Of a stretch of DNA of 64,000 nt, positions 53,884 to 64,000 are shown piece by piece. Below the pieces are notes generated by a model, which was not told the origin of the DNA, did no database searches, and saw only the letters and a program-made list of their open reading frames with translations. Numbering within the stretch: the first letter of the stretch is position 1; every line of letters starts with the position of its first letter. This stretch comes from Myxococcales bacterium (GTDB lineage: Bacteria; Myxococcota_A; Polyangia; Polyangiales; DASUME01), in the NCBI GenBank assembly GCA_047601445.1, contig JASGJH010000001.1:6592001-6656000 (forward strand). The letters are read 5' to 3'. The translations under genes were made by a program, and so were the position numbers.

Positions 53884-55377
53884 GTGTCTGGTCTGGCGTA
53901 CTACCGATCTTACTGGGGAGTGCTCGTCTCCCTGGCTTTGCTCGGCATTTCCATCGCGCTCGTGCAGCCCACCCACTTCGTGCCTGACGAGGGCAATCAC
54001 TGGGGCTCCGGCCACGCGCGACTCGAGCGCATGTTCGGGCGCGAAGGCTGCGTGCCCACGCTGCCGATTCACCCTGAAATTCGGCAATCGGGACATACCC
54101 TGGCGCGCTACCCAGCGGGGGACTTGGTCTGCGAGTTCGAGTGGAAGATGTACGGCGACGCGCTCACCTATCCGGGGGTGCTGCTCTCCAAGCTGATCTT
54201 GCCGCACCAGGCCCAATCGGCCGTCCGCCAGCTACAGGGCTTCATGCTCTCGCGTCTGCTGCAGGGCCTCATGGTCCTCATCTGCCTGAGCAGGCTCGGC
54301 TTTCTTTCCCGCGCCGGGCGTCGCAGCGGTCCCTTGCTCGTGGGTGCCTTTGCGCTGTCGCCGCTGCTCGCGCAGCAGGCCTTCGGGATCTCTTCGGATG
54401 GGGTTCAGCTGTGTTTCGCGGTGTGTTTGGCGGCCGCGATCTTGTTTTGGGAACGTCTGACCTGGCTCGACGCGGGGTTGTTCTTGGTGATGGCGTGGGG
54501 AGCGGCGTCCAAGCCCTTCCTGCTCATGGTGGCCTTGCCTGCGCTGCTGGTGGCTTTCCTCTACGGGCGCGTTCGCGGCGCCGAACCCATGGGGCTGCGC
54601 GCGCTCGGCCAGGGGGGCTGGCAGCTTATCAAGCCCACGCGTCGGCCTTCGCCCCAGAACGTGATCGCGTGGTCGGTCGTCGTGCACTACCTGGCCGCCG
54701 TCTACTTTGCCATCGACTTCCAGCGGCCAGGAACGCCCGGTGTCCGCGTGGTAGGCAACCGGGCCGGGGTGGACCCGGGCGCGCAGTTTCGGGGCCTTTT
54801 CGAGCAGCCCGATTCGCTCATCGACCTCATTCGGAGCCTGCCGTTCTCGCCGTTCAAGCTGGCCGACTACGTGGGGTTGCTGGGGCAGCTCGATACCCGG
54901 ATGTCGGCCGCGGTTTCCAATACCTACGTCCGCTTCGTGCTGTTCGCGCTGCTCATCGAAGTCGCGCTCCTGGTGCGGTCGTTTCGGGCGCTACCCGCCG
55001 CGGAGCGAGCGCAGCGCTGGCGACGTGCCCCGTGGGCGAGCCTCGGGATTTTCCTGGGCGGTCTGGGAGCCCTGGGCAATGTGGTCTTCGTGGTGGCGGT
55101 GCTCTACGCGATGTGGACACCGGTCGGGCTCCCCATCGCCGAGGGGGTGCAGATACGCTACTGGTTCGCCTCCAACATCGTGCTGCTGGCCGCGTTTGCG
55201 GGCGGACTCGATGTGATGTTCGGGGCGAAGCCGGAGCCGCAGGCACGGGACGACGCAGCCATCGCCGGCTCGCGCTGGGCCGCACTGCTCGCTAGCAGCG
55301 CCCCGGCTTTGGTACTCGCGCTGACGCTTCCTTATGTGGCCCGGGTCTTCGTCGACCTGGTCAGGCGCTACGGCTGA
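53884..55377 (+). CDS. DUF2142-like polytopic membrane protein (GT-C-like)
   Basis: GGAGGAG RBS; PDEGNH after TM1, SSDG, GLLGQLD, GVQIRYW; about 11 hydrophobic segments. Confidence 0.7.
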   Translation: MSGLAYYRSYWGVLVSLALLGISIALVQPTHFVPDEGNHWGSGHARLERMFGREGCVPTLPIHPEIRQSGHTLARYPAGDLVCEFEWKMYGDALTYPGVLLSKLILPHQAQSAVRQLQGFMLSRLLQGLMVLICLSRLGFLSRAGRRSGPLLVGAFALSPLLAQQAFGISSDGVQLCFAVCLAAAILFWERLTWLDAGLFLVMAWGAASKPFLLMVALPALLVAFLYGRVRGAEPMGLRALGQGGWQLIKPTRRPSPQNVIAWSVVVHYLAAVYFAIDFQRPGTPGVRVVGNRAGVDPGAQFRGLFEQPDSLIDLIRSLPFSPFKLADYVGLLGQLDTRMSAAVSNTYVRFVLFALLIEVALLVRSFRALPAAERAQRWRRAPWASLGIFLGGLGALGNVVFVVAVLYAMWTPVGLPIAEGVQIRYWFASNIVLLAAFAGGLDVMFGAKPEPQARDDAAIAGSRWAALLASSAPALVLALTLPYVARVFVDLVRRYG

Positions 55378-55673
55378 CGGCCCCTCGAGCATGGGTGGCT
55401 CGGGTCGAAACCCGTTTCACCCCGTAGGACTCGGGCGAAAAGCAGCATTGCGCGTCAGATATGGAATCGAAAGCACCGGTCCAGTCGTTCTGCTGGGTTG
55501 GTCGGCCTGGGCTCGGTCCAGTGGTTGATGCGGTCGAGTGGCCCATCGAGCCGGAGCGCTTCTCACGGTGGGCGTGCGTTCACTTCGGCCGCAAGCGCTT
55601 CTTGGATCGCCAGCAGGGCATTTACGACTCACGTGGGGGGGCGTGCGGGATGAGAGCAGCGGAGCGTGCCAGG

Positions 55674-56630
55674 ATGGCCACGATGGAATTCGGCGCCGAC
55701 AGCGAGGCCCGCGTGGCCATCGTGCTGCCTTGCTACAACGAGGAGCTCGCGGTCGCCAAGACGGTCGAGGATTTCCGCGAGGTGTTCCCCGAGGCCAGCA
55801 TCTACGTGATCGACAACAACTCGAGCGACCGCACCGCCGAGATCGCTCGGAAGCACGGCGCCCGCGTGCTGCACGAGTCTCGCCGCGGCAAGGGCAACGC
55901 CGTGCGCCGCGCCTTCGCGGACATCGAGGCTGATGTCTACGTGATGGCCGACGGCGATGGCACCTACGACGCGGCGGCCGCGATTCCCATGGTCGACATG
56001 CTGGTGGACCAGCACCTAGACCTCGTGACCGGCTGTCGCGTGCATTCGGATCCCATGGCCTACCGGGCGGGGCACGTGATGGGCAACCGGATGTTTAACG
56101 GCATCGTGAACTGGTTGTTCGGCGAGCGCGTGCGCGACCTGTTCTCCGGCTACCGCGTGATGTCACGGCGGTTCGTGAAGTCGTTCCCCGCCATGTCGGC
56201 TGGCTTCGAGATCGAGGCCGAGATGAGCATCCATGCGCTGCAGCTGCGGCTCGCTCACCGCGAATACGACAGCCGCTACAGCTCGCGCATGCCGGGCTCC
56301 CACAGCAAGCTGAACACGCTGCGCGACGGTGTCCGCATCCTCTCGCATGTGATCCGCCTGCTGCGCCTGTACCGTCCGCGCAAGTTTTTCGGGGCCCTGG
56401 CAGCATTGATGAGCACGCTCTCGTTGGCCTTCGGCATCCCGGTCATCGTCACGTTCTTCGAGACCGGCCTGGTGCCGCGCTTTCCTACGGCCATCTTGGC
56501 CACGGGGCTCGGTTTGCTGGGGGCCATGCTCTGGCTGCTCGGTGTGGTGCTCGAGAGCGTGAGTACCTTGACCATCGAAGTGAAGCGCCTGAGCTACCTC
56601 GAGCACCCGCCGCGCGGCCACGAGCGCTGA
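55674..56630 (+). CDS. GT2 polyprenol-phosphate glycosyltransferase (GtrB/DPM-synthase-like)
   Basis: LPCYNEE, DNNSSD, GKGNAVR, DGDGTY, FSGYR, FEIE, SKLNTLRDG; two C-terminal TMs. Confidence 0.9.
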   Translation: MATMEFGADSEARVAIVLPCYNEELAVAKTVEDFREVFPEASIYVIDNNSSDRTAEIARKHGARVLHESRRGKGNAVRRAFADIEADVYVMADGDGTYDAAAAIPMVDMLVDQHLDLVTGCRVHSDPMAYRAGHVMGNRMFNGIVNWLFGERVRDLFSGYRVMSRRFVKSFPAMSAGFEIEAEMSIHALQLRLAHREYDSRYSSRMPGSHSKLNTLRDGVRILSHVIRLLRLYRPRKFFGALAALMSTLSLAFGIPVIVTFFETGLVPRFPTAILATGLGLLGAMLWLLGVVLESVSTLTIEVKRLSYLEHPPRGHER

Positions 56631-56647
56631 GCCCGGCGCGTCTGCGC

Positions 56648-58063
56648 TCAGCAGGGGCAGTCGAAGTAGGGCAGTTTCAGCAAGAGCCGGGTCTTTCCAG
56701 AGAGGTCCACGATGGCGGCGCGGTCAGCGCCGATCGCGCTGCGCGTGATCACCTCGGGCTGCCCGTCGCCGTCCAGGTCAGCCACGGCCTCGACGTGCTC
56801 GGGCGTGCCTTGATCGACACTGAAGGCCACGCGCCCACCGCGGTCCAGGTCGAACAAGGCCTGAAGCACGGGCGCACTGCACTCACTGAAGGCCTCGGCC
56901 GATACCAGGGCGTGGGTCCCCGATGCAAAGCGTGAGAGCTTCAGGTCGGACAAGCTCTGCTCGCGTTCGTCTCGACTCATTCCGCGCAGGAACGGTAGCT
57001 TGGCGAAGCGGGCGCTCAGCTCGTTCTGGGCCGTGGGGACTTCGCTGCGCGCGTAGAGCTCGATGGGGGCATTGCCTGGCAGCGCGACCAGGGGTTCCTT
57101 CACGCAGCGTGACGCCAGCTCCACGGCCCAGAAGCCCTGGGGATCGAGCTCGCGGATCTCACGCTCGATCTGGGCCGCGTCGGGCTTGGGGAGATCGGGA
57201 TTCTCTCCGCGCCAAGTCATGACCTGTCCGAAATGAGCATAGGCGACGTGGGCGATGCGCAGGGCCTTTGCTCGCGTCGTGCATACGCCCTCAGGACCGA
57301 CGAGCTGCACGTCGCCCGCGAGGAACACACTCGCTTCTGCGGGCGCCTGTTCGAGCGAGGCTTCTTCCAGAACCGCTGCGGGCGCGCCGGCGTGGGTGGA
57401 CACGTGTTTGCCCGCGGCGAGCGCCTCGGGTGCGCGGCCCAGGATCACGAGCACGGGGCCTTCGGGCACGTCCACGACCATGCGCGCCGAAATGCTCGGG
57501 GGCGGACCCAGCTCCGAGGCCAACATCTCTTCGCGCACGATGCGCAGGGCGCCGCCTTCGCGCGCTAGCGTGAACTGCTTCTGCCCGCGATCCTGGTAGC
57601 CCGTCATGCGAAAGGATTGCGTGCCGAGCACCGTCACCGCGCCGCCCTGCAGATTCAGGCTTTGCAAGGCAAGATCCACCTGCATGGGCTTCTCGAACAT
57701 GCGCTTGCGGTCCTCGAGCCAGCCCTTGCGATCGAAGTTGCGCGTGCGAGGGCCGGCACGCTTTACGCCGGTGAAGCGCTGCCCGTAGAGCCGCTCATAG
57801 GCAGCGAAGTCGCCTGCGTTCTGCGCCGCTTGCCAGGCCGCGAGCAGGGCCCGCGCTTCGCCTTCGAGCTCGCTGGTCGGCTTCTCGCTCGCTGCGCGCG
57901 CGGCCGCGTCCGTGCGTTGCGGCGCCGGAAGACTGGGCGCGCTCACGGGCGCAGGAGGCGCGGGCGGTGTGGGGACGGAGTCCTTCGAGCAAGCCCAGCA
58001 CAACGTCGCGAGCAGAGCGAGTGCGTGAACGGAAGGTGTCGGAGCGCTCGGGTTGCCTGACAT
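56648..58063 (-). CDS. Lipoprotein with NTF2/SnoaL-like domain and DxDxDG motif
   Basis: Lipobox-like CWAC; LLAAWQAAQNAGDFAAYERLY..RIVREEM; ADLDGDGQPEVI. Confidence 0.7.
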   Translation of the reverse strand: MSGNPSAPTPSVHALALLATLCWACSKDSVPTPPAPPAPVSAPSLPAPQRTDAAARAASEKPTSELEGEARALLAAWQAAQNAGDFAAYERLYGQRFTGVKRAGPRTRNFDRKGWLEDRKRMFEKPMQVDLALQSLNLQGGAVTVLGTQSFRMTGYQDRGQKQFTLAREGGALRIVREEMLASELGPPPSISARMVVDVPEGPVLVILGRAPEALAAGKHVSTHAGAPAAVLEEASLEQAPAEASVFLAGDVQLVGPEGVCTTRAKALRIAHVAYAHFGQVMTWRGENPDLPKPDAAQIEREIRELDPQGFWAVELASRCVKEPLVALPGNAPIELYARSEVPTAQNELSARFAKLPFLRGMSRDEREQSLSDLKLSRFASGTHALVSAEAFSECSAPVLQALFDLDRGGRVAFSVDQGTPEHVEAVADLDGDGQPEVITRSAIGADRAAIVDLSGKTRLLLKLPYFDCPC

Positions 58064-58265
58064 GGGGCCAGGGTATCGCTTTTCCGGGGGAAGGGGGCTC
58101 CGCGTGGCGCAAGAGGCGCGAGCCAGGCGGCTGTTGCGGGCAATGGCGCGCTCGAAAGTGCCTTTGTGACTGGGTCAGACGTCGTGAACGCGCTTGACGC
58201 ACTTGGGCTGCTGGAGCAAGACACCTGCGCTCCCCAACCGGGTCGATTGGCCCACGAGGCGTCCC

Positions 58266-60455
58266 ATGCGTGGCATCGGCGGTGTGTTTCCTTTTGTCTT
58301 GGCGGTACTCGTGCTCGCCTGCAGTGAGGAGCCTTGCCCTAGCGGCGCCCAGCGCATCGGCACGCGCTGTCTGTTGGAGGAGGGCGAAGCGGCCGACGCG
58401 GGCGACGGTGACGCAGGCGGTGCGCACGGCGGGCTCGACTCGAGCCCTGGGCCGAGCGACGAAGCCACGAACTCGGACGCAGCTGCGGGGGATGCGTGCG
58501 TCGACGGGGGCTGCACTCCGGTCACTCCCACGCTCGAGTTCGGTATCGACTTCCCGTGGCAGGGCTCGACGGATTAGACCGGGATCAGCGTGCGCCTTCA
58601 CTCCACCAGCAATGTCGGCGAGGAGATCACCGTCACGGTAGCCGAGCGTCCGGCGTACCTGCACGACGAGGGCTTCTTCCTCGCCGAGAACGTCCCCCTC
58701 AAGCCGGGTGCCAACGAACTGCTGGCCGTGGCTACCACGCCTTCGGGGCTGCGTGAGGAGCGCCGCGTGACCATCACGCGCGAGCTGCTGTGGGCGAAGA
58801 TCGAGGGGCTCGATCGCGGCAAGACCAACTACGACGGATTCCAGGATCCGGCGGTGCTCGCGTCGGACGGACAGCGGCTGTGGTGGATCGACTTGGGCAC
58901 CAAGAGCAAACGCTTGCTGCCCGATGGCGGAGGGCCTGCAGCGAACTGGAGCGTGATGGGGTTCGGATGGGCCTACATCTTGGTGGCTGGGCCGAGCGGG
59001 CAGCTGCTCTCGCTGAATCCGATCACGGGCTTGCGCACCGTGATGATGCAGTCCAACTCGTCGAAGGCGAGCACCACGTTCGGGAACGTATTGTCGGTTC
59101 GGGAGACGATGTTTACGACGGGCGATTTGGGGGTCCCCACCCAGTGGACGACCCATTTCATCACCAGCTTCGCAAATCAGACTCACACGACGGGGCCCGA
59201 CGCGTCCCAGTCGAAGCTAGGCTTCGTCAGTGGAATCCTGGGGAGCGCGCTGGCCGAAGACGAAGTGCATGTGAGCAGCTTTACGCCGGAGAAGGGCGGT
59301 GCCCGGATTCAGTTGTGGAGCCTCAAGGGTGACAATCGTGCGCCCAGGCTCATCAAACCAACTGACCTCGGCTCTGCGAGCAACCGCGTGGTGGGCGTTA
59401 GCCAGCGATCGGCCGGCGATGACATCTACATGCTCACGGACCTCCAGCGCCGAGCGATCCACCGAACCAACTTTAGCGACGGCGCGATCACCCTGGTCTC
59501 GGACGACGATCACGGCACCGGCCCCGGCTTCCTCGACCCGCGCGCGCTGGCCAGCGATACCAGCTCCTTTTTCGTCGGTGACGGACGCTCCGCCCGCGTC
59601 TTCAAGGTCGATCCCAGCAACGGCAATCGCAGCATCATCGCGGAGACCCGGCGCGGCTCGGGCGATCCGTTGTGGCCGGTGTCCGTGAACTACGATGCTG
59701 ATCAGCAAGTCGTGCAGGTGCTCGACAAGCTGGTGCTCCCCGGACGCCTGACCAAGGTCACGCTAGGCTCCGGAGATCGTATGGAGATGGCCCCATCCGT
59801 GGACCGGCTGTGCAAGGGCACGACCGGCGAAGCGGTTGCGATCCAGGGCACCGAGCTCCTGCGGTGGGCAGGCAATCTGGCACCCAAGGCGCTCTCGGGC
59901 GCTGCCCAGGGCAGCGGCCGCGCACTCACGGGAGCCCTCGACTGCGTGGTGGATCGCGCGAGCAACCAAGCCCTCGTGTTGTTTGCCGACGCGGTAGTTC
60001 GTGTGAACCTCGAGACGGGTGACCGTAGCGACGTCTCAGGAGCCTCGATCGGAGCAGGTCCCGCATTCACGCAGGTCGACCGCCTCACGTACGACGCCGA
60101 GGGGGACACCGTCTACGTCGCCAGCGACAGGATTTACGCCATCACGGCCAAGAGCGGAGACCGCAGCCTGCTGCAAGCGGATGGCACCGACCTCAGCTTC
60201 AACACGCTTGCAGACTTGAGCTGGAGCAAGGCACGCAAGCGGCTGCTCGTGCAGACCACGGACGCGTTGCTTTCCATCGATCCGGGCACCCAGGTTCAGC
60301 AGGTGCTCGCGGACGCTTCCCACGGCAAAGGCCCCTGGGCTGGCGAGTCCAGCGGCCTCGCGCTGGCCACGGGCGACACCGCCGTGGTGGGCACCTACTA
60401 CGCCGTGGTGCAGCTGGACCTGACCTCCGGCGAGCGCATCGTCCTGTCCAAGTAG
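58266..60455 (+). pseudogene. Lipoprotein with Ig-like and beta-propeller repeats, interrupted by an in-frame TAG at 58575-58577
   Basis: ORFs 58194-58577 and 58590-60455 are in the same frame; lipobox VLAC; VPLKPGANEL Ig-like strand; repeated (D/N)..(S/T/N)G(D/N/E)R and GxGP motifs. Confidence 0.65.
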
Positions 60456-60507
60456 CACCGAAAACCGGCCTCCCAGAGGCTGCCGCACACGCCAGAAGAA
60501 GGCCAGT

Positions 60508-61776
60508 TCACTGGCAGGAGTCGGCGCTGCACGTGCCGTTGCAGACGCTGCCGCGGGGACATTGATCGTCGCCCAGACACTCCTCACCTAGACCGACCAT
60601 GGCGGCGCACACGTCGTCGCCTTGGTCGGCGTCGTAGGTGCACACGAGGCCCTCCACGCAATCGAACTCGACGCAGGACTCTCCCGGTCCCGCTTGCGGC
60701 ACCACGACGCAGTGTCCGCCGTCGTCGCAGTAGAGCGCCTGCTTGCCGGTCGGGTCAGCGCACAAGGCCAGATGCGTGAGCGTGCTGTAGTCCGCGGTCT
60801 CGGGCGTACAGGCCTCGTTCAATCCGTGCAGGTCGAAGCCCACGCACCTGCGCACCGTGTTGCCATCGGCGTCGTCCTCCCCGGTGTTCAAGCAGATGTT
60901 CCCCTTGGCGCATTCGCGCAACGTGGAGCAATCGCCCGTGCTCGGCGGGGTCCTGCAATGCTTGGTCTCCGGGGCGTCCGGGCCGAGACTATCGTAGCCA
61001 CACACCAGGCCGTCGTCGCAGAGGGCCAGGGTGGCTTGATCGCCCGTGGTCAGCTCTCCGCACTCCGCGCCTTCGCCCACGTGCGTGACTTGCGTGGCAT
61101 GTACGCAGACGCCGGGCGTGGAGTCGGTGCCCGAGCAGTACACGGCGAGGCTCTCGTCCGGGGTGGAGCACTGCGTGTTCTCGTTACACGCGGCGCCCTG
61201 TGACAGGCGCGCGCGGCAGACGCCTTGGTCGCAAGTGTTGAAGCCGCTTTGGTCGCAGTACGCGTCACCGCTGCAGTCCGCGTCGTCGGTGCAGGCTCCG
61301 CCGTCGGCCACCGAGCCCTCGAACACGCCGGCGCAGATGGTCTCGAATGCGTCTTCCGGCTCCTCCGCCTCGAAGACGAAGCACTGGTGCGCGAAGCGCT
61401 CGAGGCAGGCGCTGGCATGCTCGGCGCGATAGGTGTGTGTCTTGAGCTCGATGTTCAGCAAGAACTCCCGCTTGGAGTCCATCAGCGTGGGCAGCACTGC
61501 GGTACGACAGGTCGCCTCGTCCTCGAGCAACGCGCGCATCTGCGAGGCGTCCGTGTAGCCCAGGCGGCAGCTAAACAGGTTGTCGCACATCGCTCGCGCG
61601 AGCTGCTCGGCGAAGCTCTCCACCGAGCTGGGATTGAGGTCGACGTGACCGTGTTGCTCGTCGCCCGGCCCGGAGTCACTCCCGTCGCAGCCCGCGCCGG
61701 CCAGTACGCACAGACTCACGGCGACGTGGCCAATCCAACCTGCCTGCTTCTTCAGCCCATCTCGCGCTCGCTGCAT
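60508..61776 (-). CDS. Cys-rich lipoprotein with tandem disulfide repeats
   Basis: Lipobox-like GAGC; repeated G..C....C..G..C units; acidic. Confidence 0.8.
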   Translation of the reverse strand: MQRARDGLKKQAGWIGHVAVSLCVLAGAGCDGSDSGPGDEQHGHVDLNPSSVESFAEQLARAMCDNLFSCRLGYTDASQMRALLEDEATCRTAVLPTLMDSKREFLLNIELKTHTYRAEHASACLERFAHQCFVFEAEEPEDAFETICAGVFEGSVADGGACTDDADCSGDAYCDQSGFNTCDQGVCRARLSQGAACNENTQCSTPDESLAVYCSGTDSTPGVCVHATQVTHVGEGAECGELTTGDQATLALCDDGLVCGYDSLGPDAPETKHCRTPPSTGDCSTLRECAKGNICLNTGEDDADGNTVRRCVGFDLHGLNEACTPETADYSTLTHLALCADPTGKQALYCDDGGHCVVVPQAGPGESCVEFDCVEGLVCTYDADQGDDVCAAMVGLGEECLGDDQCPRGSVCNGTCSADSCQ

Positions 61777-61863
61777 CGATTCCCCTCTGCGCAGGGTAAC
61801 GTGGGTTCGACGCGAGGTTGCGCGCAAATTCGGGGTGAAAAGTACCGTTTTCGGTTGGAGGGA

Positions 61864-62838
61864 CTACAGCGCGGAGCTGGTGCGTGTCCCTTGAACGGCG
61901 CGGCCCTGGGTCGGTGTGCGCCTCAAGATCGCGAGCACGGTGTGGCCCTTGATGCGCCGGCGAAGCGGCTCGAGCTTGAGCGCGCGTTCGGCCAGCGGCG
62001 CCAAGGCGCGCCACGCGAACCTGGACGCCAGGGACGCGCGCGGGAGGCTCTGCATGCGGGTGCTGACGTACCAGCCGATGTGGTGGTCGGAGAGCGGCTC
62101 GTATTCCAGGTGCTCGCACGCGAGCGGCAGAAAGCGCGGTATGTGGCGGAAGGTCTTGGCTCGAAAGCGCGAGCAGTGGTGGGGAGGTTGGTTGAGCTCC
62201 TGGTTGAGATCATCGCCGATGAAGCTGTCCTGATTGGGCACCGCCACGTAGATGCGCCCGTGGTCACTCAAGTGCGGCATCAACGAGTCGAGAAAGGCCC
62301 GCGGGTCGGGCACGTGCTCCAGCACCTGGAATGCGAAGATGTACTCGAAGCGCCGCTTGCCCAGCTGATCGAGGCGCGAGAATCCCTGGATGCCGCTTGC
62401 CTTGAGCGACTCCAGGGCACGTCGGTTCGAGTCGACCCCGCAGACGTCGGAGAAGCCGGCGAGGCGGAGGGCCCGCAAGAAGTTTCCGGTGCCGCAGCCG
62501 ACCTCGAGGGCCGACCCGGGCTTGCCGAGGCGCTCGAGCGACGCACGGAACTCCCATCGACTCTCTTCGTAGTACCAGGAGAAGCGTTGCAGCTGCTCGT
62601 ACATGCCCTCGTCGCCGGGGCTCGGTGGATGCGAGAACTCGAGCCCGCAGGCCACGCACAGGTAGTTGGTGACGAAGGCTTGCGGGAAGTACTGGCGCAC
62701 CGGGATCTCGTACTTGTCGAGCCAGCGCGCGTGGACCTGATCGGCCGGCAAGTGGCCCAGCACGCGCAGATTGAAGGAACCGCACAGCACGCAAGGAACG
62801 ACGGCGCCTGGCGCCGGGGTCGCAGCGGGAACGGGCAT
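61864..62838 (-). CDS. Class I SAM-dependent methyltransferase with N-terminal zinc motif
   Basis: CVLC..CVAC, LEVGCGTG, FQVLEHVPDP, VAVPN, PPHH; start uncertain. Confidence 0.85.
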   Translation of the reverse strand: MPVPAATPAPGAVVPCVLCGSFNLRVLGHLPADQVHARWLDKYEIPVRQYFPQAFVTNYLCVACGLEFSHPPSPGDEGMYEQLQRFSWYYEESRWEFRASLERLGKPGSALEVGCGTGNFLRALRLAGFSDVCGVDSNRRALESLKASGIQGFSRLDQLGKRRFEYIFAFQVLEHVPDPRAFLDSLMPHLSDHGRIYVAVPNQDSFIGDDLNQELNQPPHHCSRFRAKTFRHIPRFLPLACEHLEYEPLSDHHIGWYVSTRMQSLPRASLASRFAWRALAPLAERALKLEPLRRRIKGHTVLAILRRTPTQGRAVQGTRTSSAL

Positions 62839-63097
62839 TTCGGCTCCGAGGAGAGTTGGGCCTGCGGATGCCTCGGCGGGAGCGCACGCGGCACGCGCGG
62901 GACGTGATGTTGCTCGCGGGCGGACCCGCCCGCTCGACGCGAGAGCAATTACACCTGGCGCATGCACGCGTCGCAAGGGCCTGCGACGTGCGCGAGATGT
63001 GTGGAGGTCGCGCCGTCCCAGCTTGCGGAACACAGGACGATCAGCGCCAATGTCGAGGCGTAGCGTGCGAGAAGCACGACGCGCGCGCGGCCTCGCT

Positions 63098-64000
63098 TCA
63101 GTCCGGGGAAGCCGGCGTGCCGAGCTCGGGTTCGAGCGGGCTGGTCGTGGGCTCAGCTTCTGTACGCGGTTCGCTGCGGCCTTGCCGGCGCAGCAGCGTG
63201 AACCCGGCGCCTGCCATGAGCAGGGCCGCGGCCAGGCCTAGCCACTGTCGCTGCCGCTGTTCGCGCGCGGCGCGTTCGCCGCTGAGCTCGTCGAAGGCGG
63301 CTTCCGCCGGGGCGAACGCCGGGTCGAGCTGGCGCGCGCGCTCGAAGCTAGTCAGGTCGAGTACGCCCTGCGACAGGCGCAACTCGCCTTCGAGGTACGC
63401 GATGCGGGCCCGCAATTGCGGTTGCTGCGCGCTCTCCGGATCGAGGCGCAGCGCGCGCCGAAAGTAGGTGAGGGCCGGCTCGAGCGTGTCGGTATCGAGC
63501 GCGTGCTCCCCCAAGGCCGCGAAGAGCGGCGCGGCGCGCTTGTGATCTTCGGTGGAGGCGGAGATGCGCAGGGCCGTGTCGAGCGCCTGGCTCGCGGCCT
63601 CGAAAGCGCCGTCCTCGAGGGCGGCCTGGGCGCGCTTAAGCTCGGCTTCGAAGGCGCGCTGCTTGGGTTCGGCGTGCAGACGATAGAGCTCGTTGAGGAT
63701 GCGCTGGTGGCCCCAGTTCGGGTCAGCTTCTTTGCCGGTGGCGTTGAGATAGCGCTCGCGGATCTGCCAGATGGCGTTGCGTCCGAAGCGCGCCACGGCC
63801 TTGCGTGCCGCGCTCTGCACTTCGAGTCGATCGTCGGTGATGTACGAGACCACCACGGGCATCGCGTCGAAGTTCAGGGTGTCTCCGTAGGCCTCCAGGA
63901 TGGCAGCCAGGAGTGCGACGTCGTCCTGCTGCACGGCCCGGCCGGGCGCGCTGATGCCGAGCGCGTTCAAGGTGTCCTGGCAGAAGGAGCGCACCGAGGG
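63098..64000 (-). CDS. HEAT/TPR-repeat protein with C-terminal TM (5' part outside window)
   Basis: VQSAARKAVARFG HEAT-like; FRRALRLDP and FERARQLDP TPR motifs; TM WLGLAAALLMAGAGF. Confidence 0.75.
   Translation of the reverse strand, partial: PSVRSFCQDTLNALGISAPGRAVQQDDVALLAAILEAYGDTLNFDAMPVVVSYITDDRLEVQSAARKAVARFGRNAIWQIRERYLNATGKEADPNWGHQRILNELYRLHAEPKQRAFEAELKRAQAALEDGAFEAASQALDTALRISASTEDHKRAAPLFAALGEHALDTDTLEPALTYFRRALRLDPESAQQPQLRARIAYLEGELRLSQGVLDLTSFERARQLDPAFAPAEAAFDELSGERAAREQRQRQWLGLAAALLMAGAGFTLLRRQGRSEPRTEAEPTTSPLEPELGTPASPD

Noticed and set aside
58575..58577. Pyrrolysine or genome-wide TAG recoding
   Set aside because: TAG terminates conserved genes at expected positions and no pyl genes are in view
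61225..62907. 560-aa plus-strand ORF
   Set aside because: Antisense to two well-supported minus-strand genes

Overview
High-GC bacterial window. The gene repertoire (Cys-rich lipoproteins, a Hanks kinase/TPR pair, ECF sigma factors, a caspase-like protease) points to Myxococcota, probably Polyangiales; this is inference. 1-34.5 kb is mixed housekeeping and accessory: a flippase-sulfatase-like fusion, bfr, NUDIX, gluQ, trxB, moaC, a MOP flippase, dnaK, a second EF-G, two ECF sigma factors, an ECF/anti-sigma/caspase-like operon, a ccmF-ccmH-ccmI-like cluster, ssb, tlyA, a cyclase, a pabB-like gene, a Ser/Thr kinase and a TPR protein. 34.8-53.6 kb is the str-S10-spc-alpha ribosomal supercluster. 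It lacks rplC, rpsN and map, carries an EF-Tu with a non-canonical switch I, a degenerate IF-1 and lineage-type insertions in S12/L22/L17, and has a structured ~300-nt spacer with a uORF between rpsG and fusA. 53.9-64 kb holds a GT-C-like/GT2 glycosylation pair, several lipoproteins and a methyltransferase. Three ORFs are interrupted (1-nt insertions near 465 and 24819, in-frame TAG at 58575), possibly sequencing errors. The best candidate for an uncharacterised system is the ECF sigma / zinc anti-sigma / exported caspase-like protease operon, whose anti-sigma and protease share an A-R-G motif. The rpsG-fusA attenuator-like leader is second. No tRNA, rRNA, CRISPR array or mobile element was recognised. 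All family assignments come from motif recognition by eye, not database searches.
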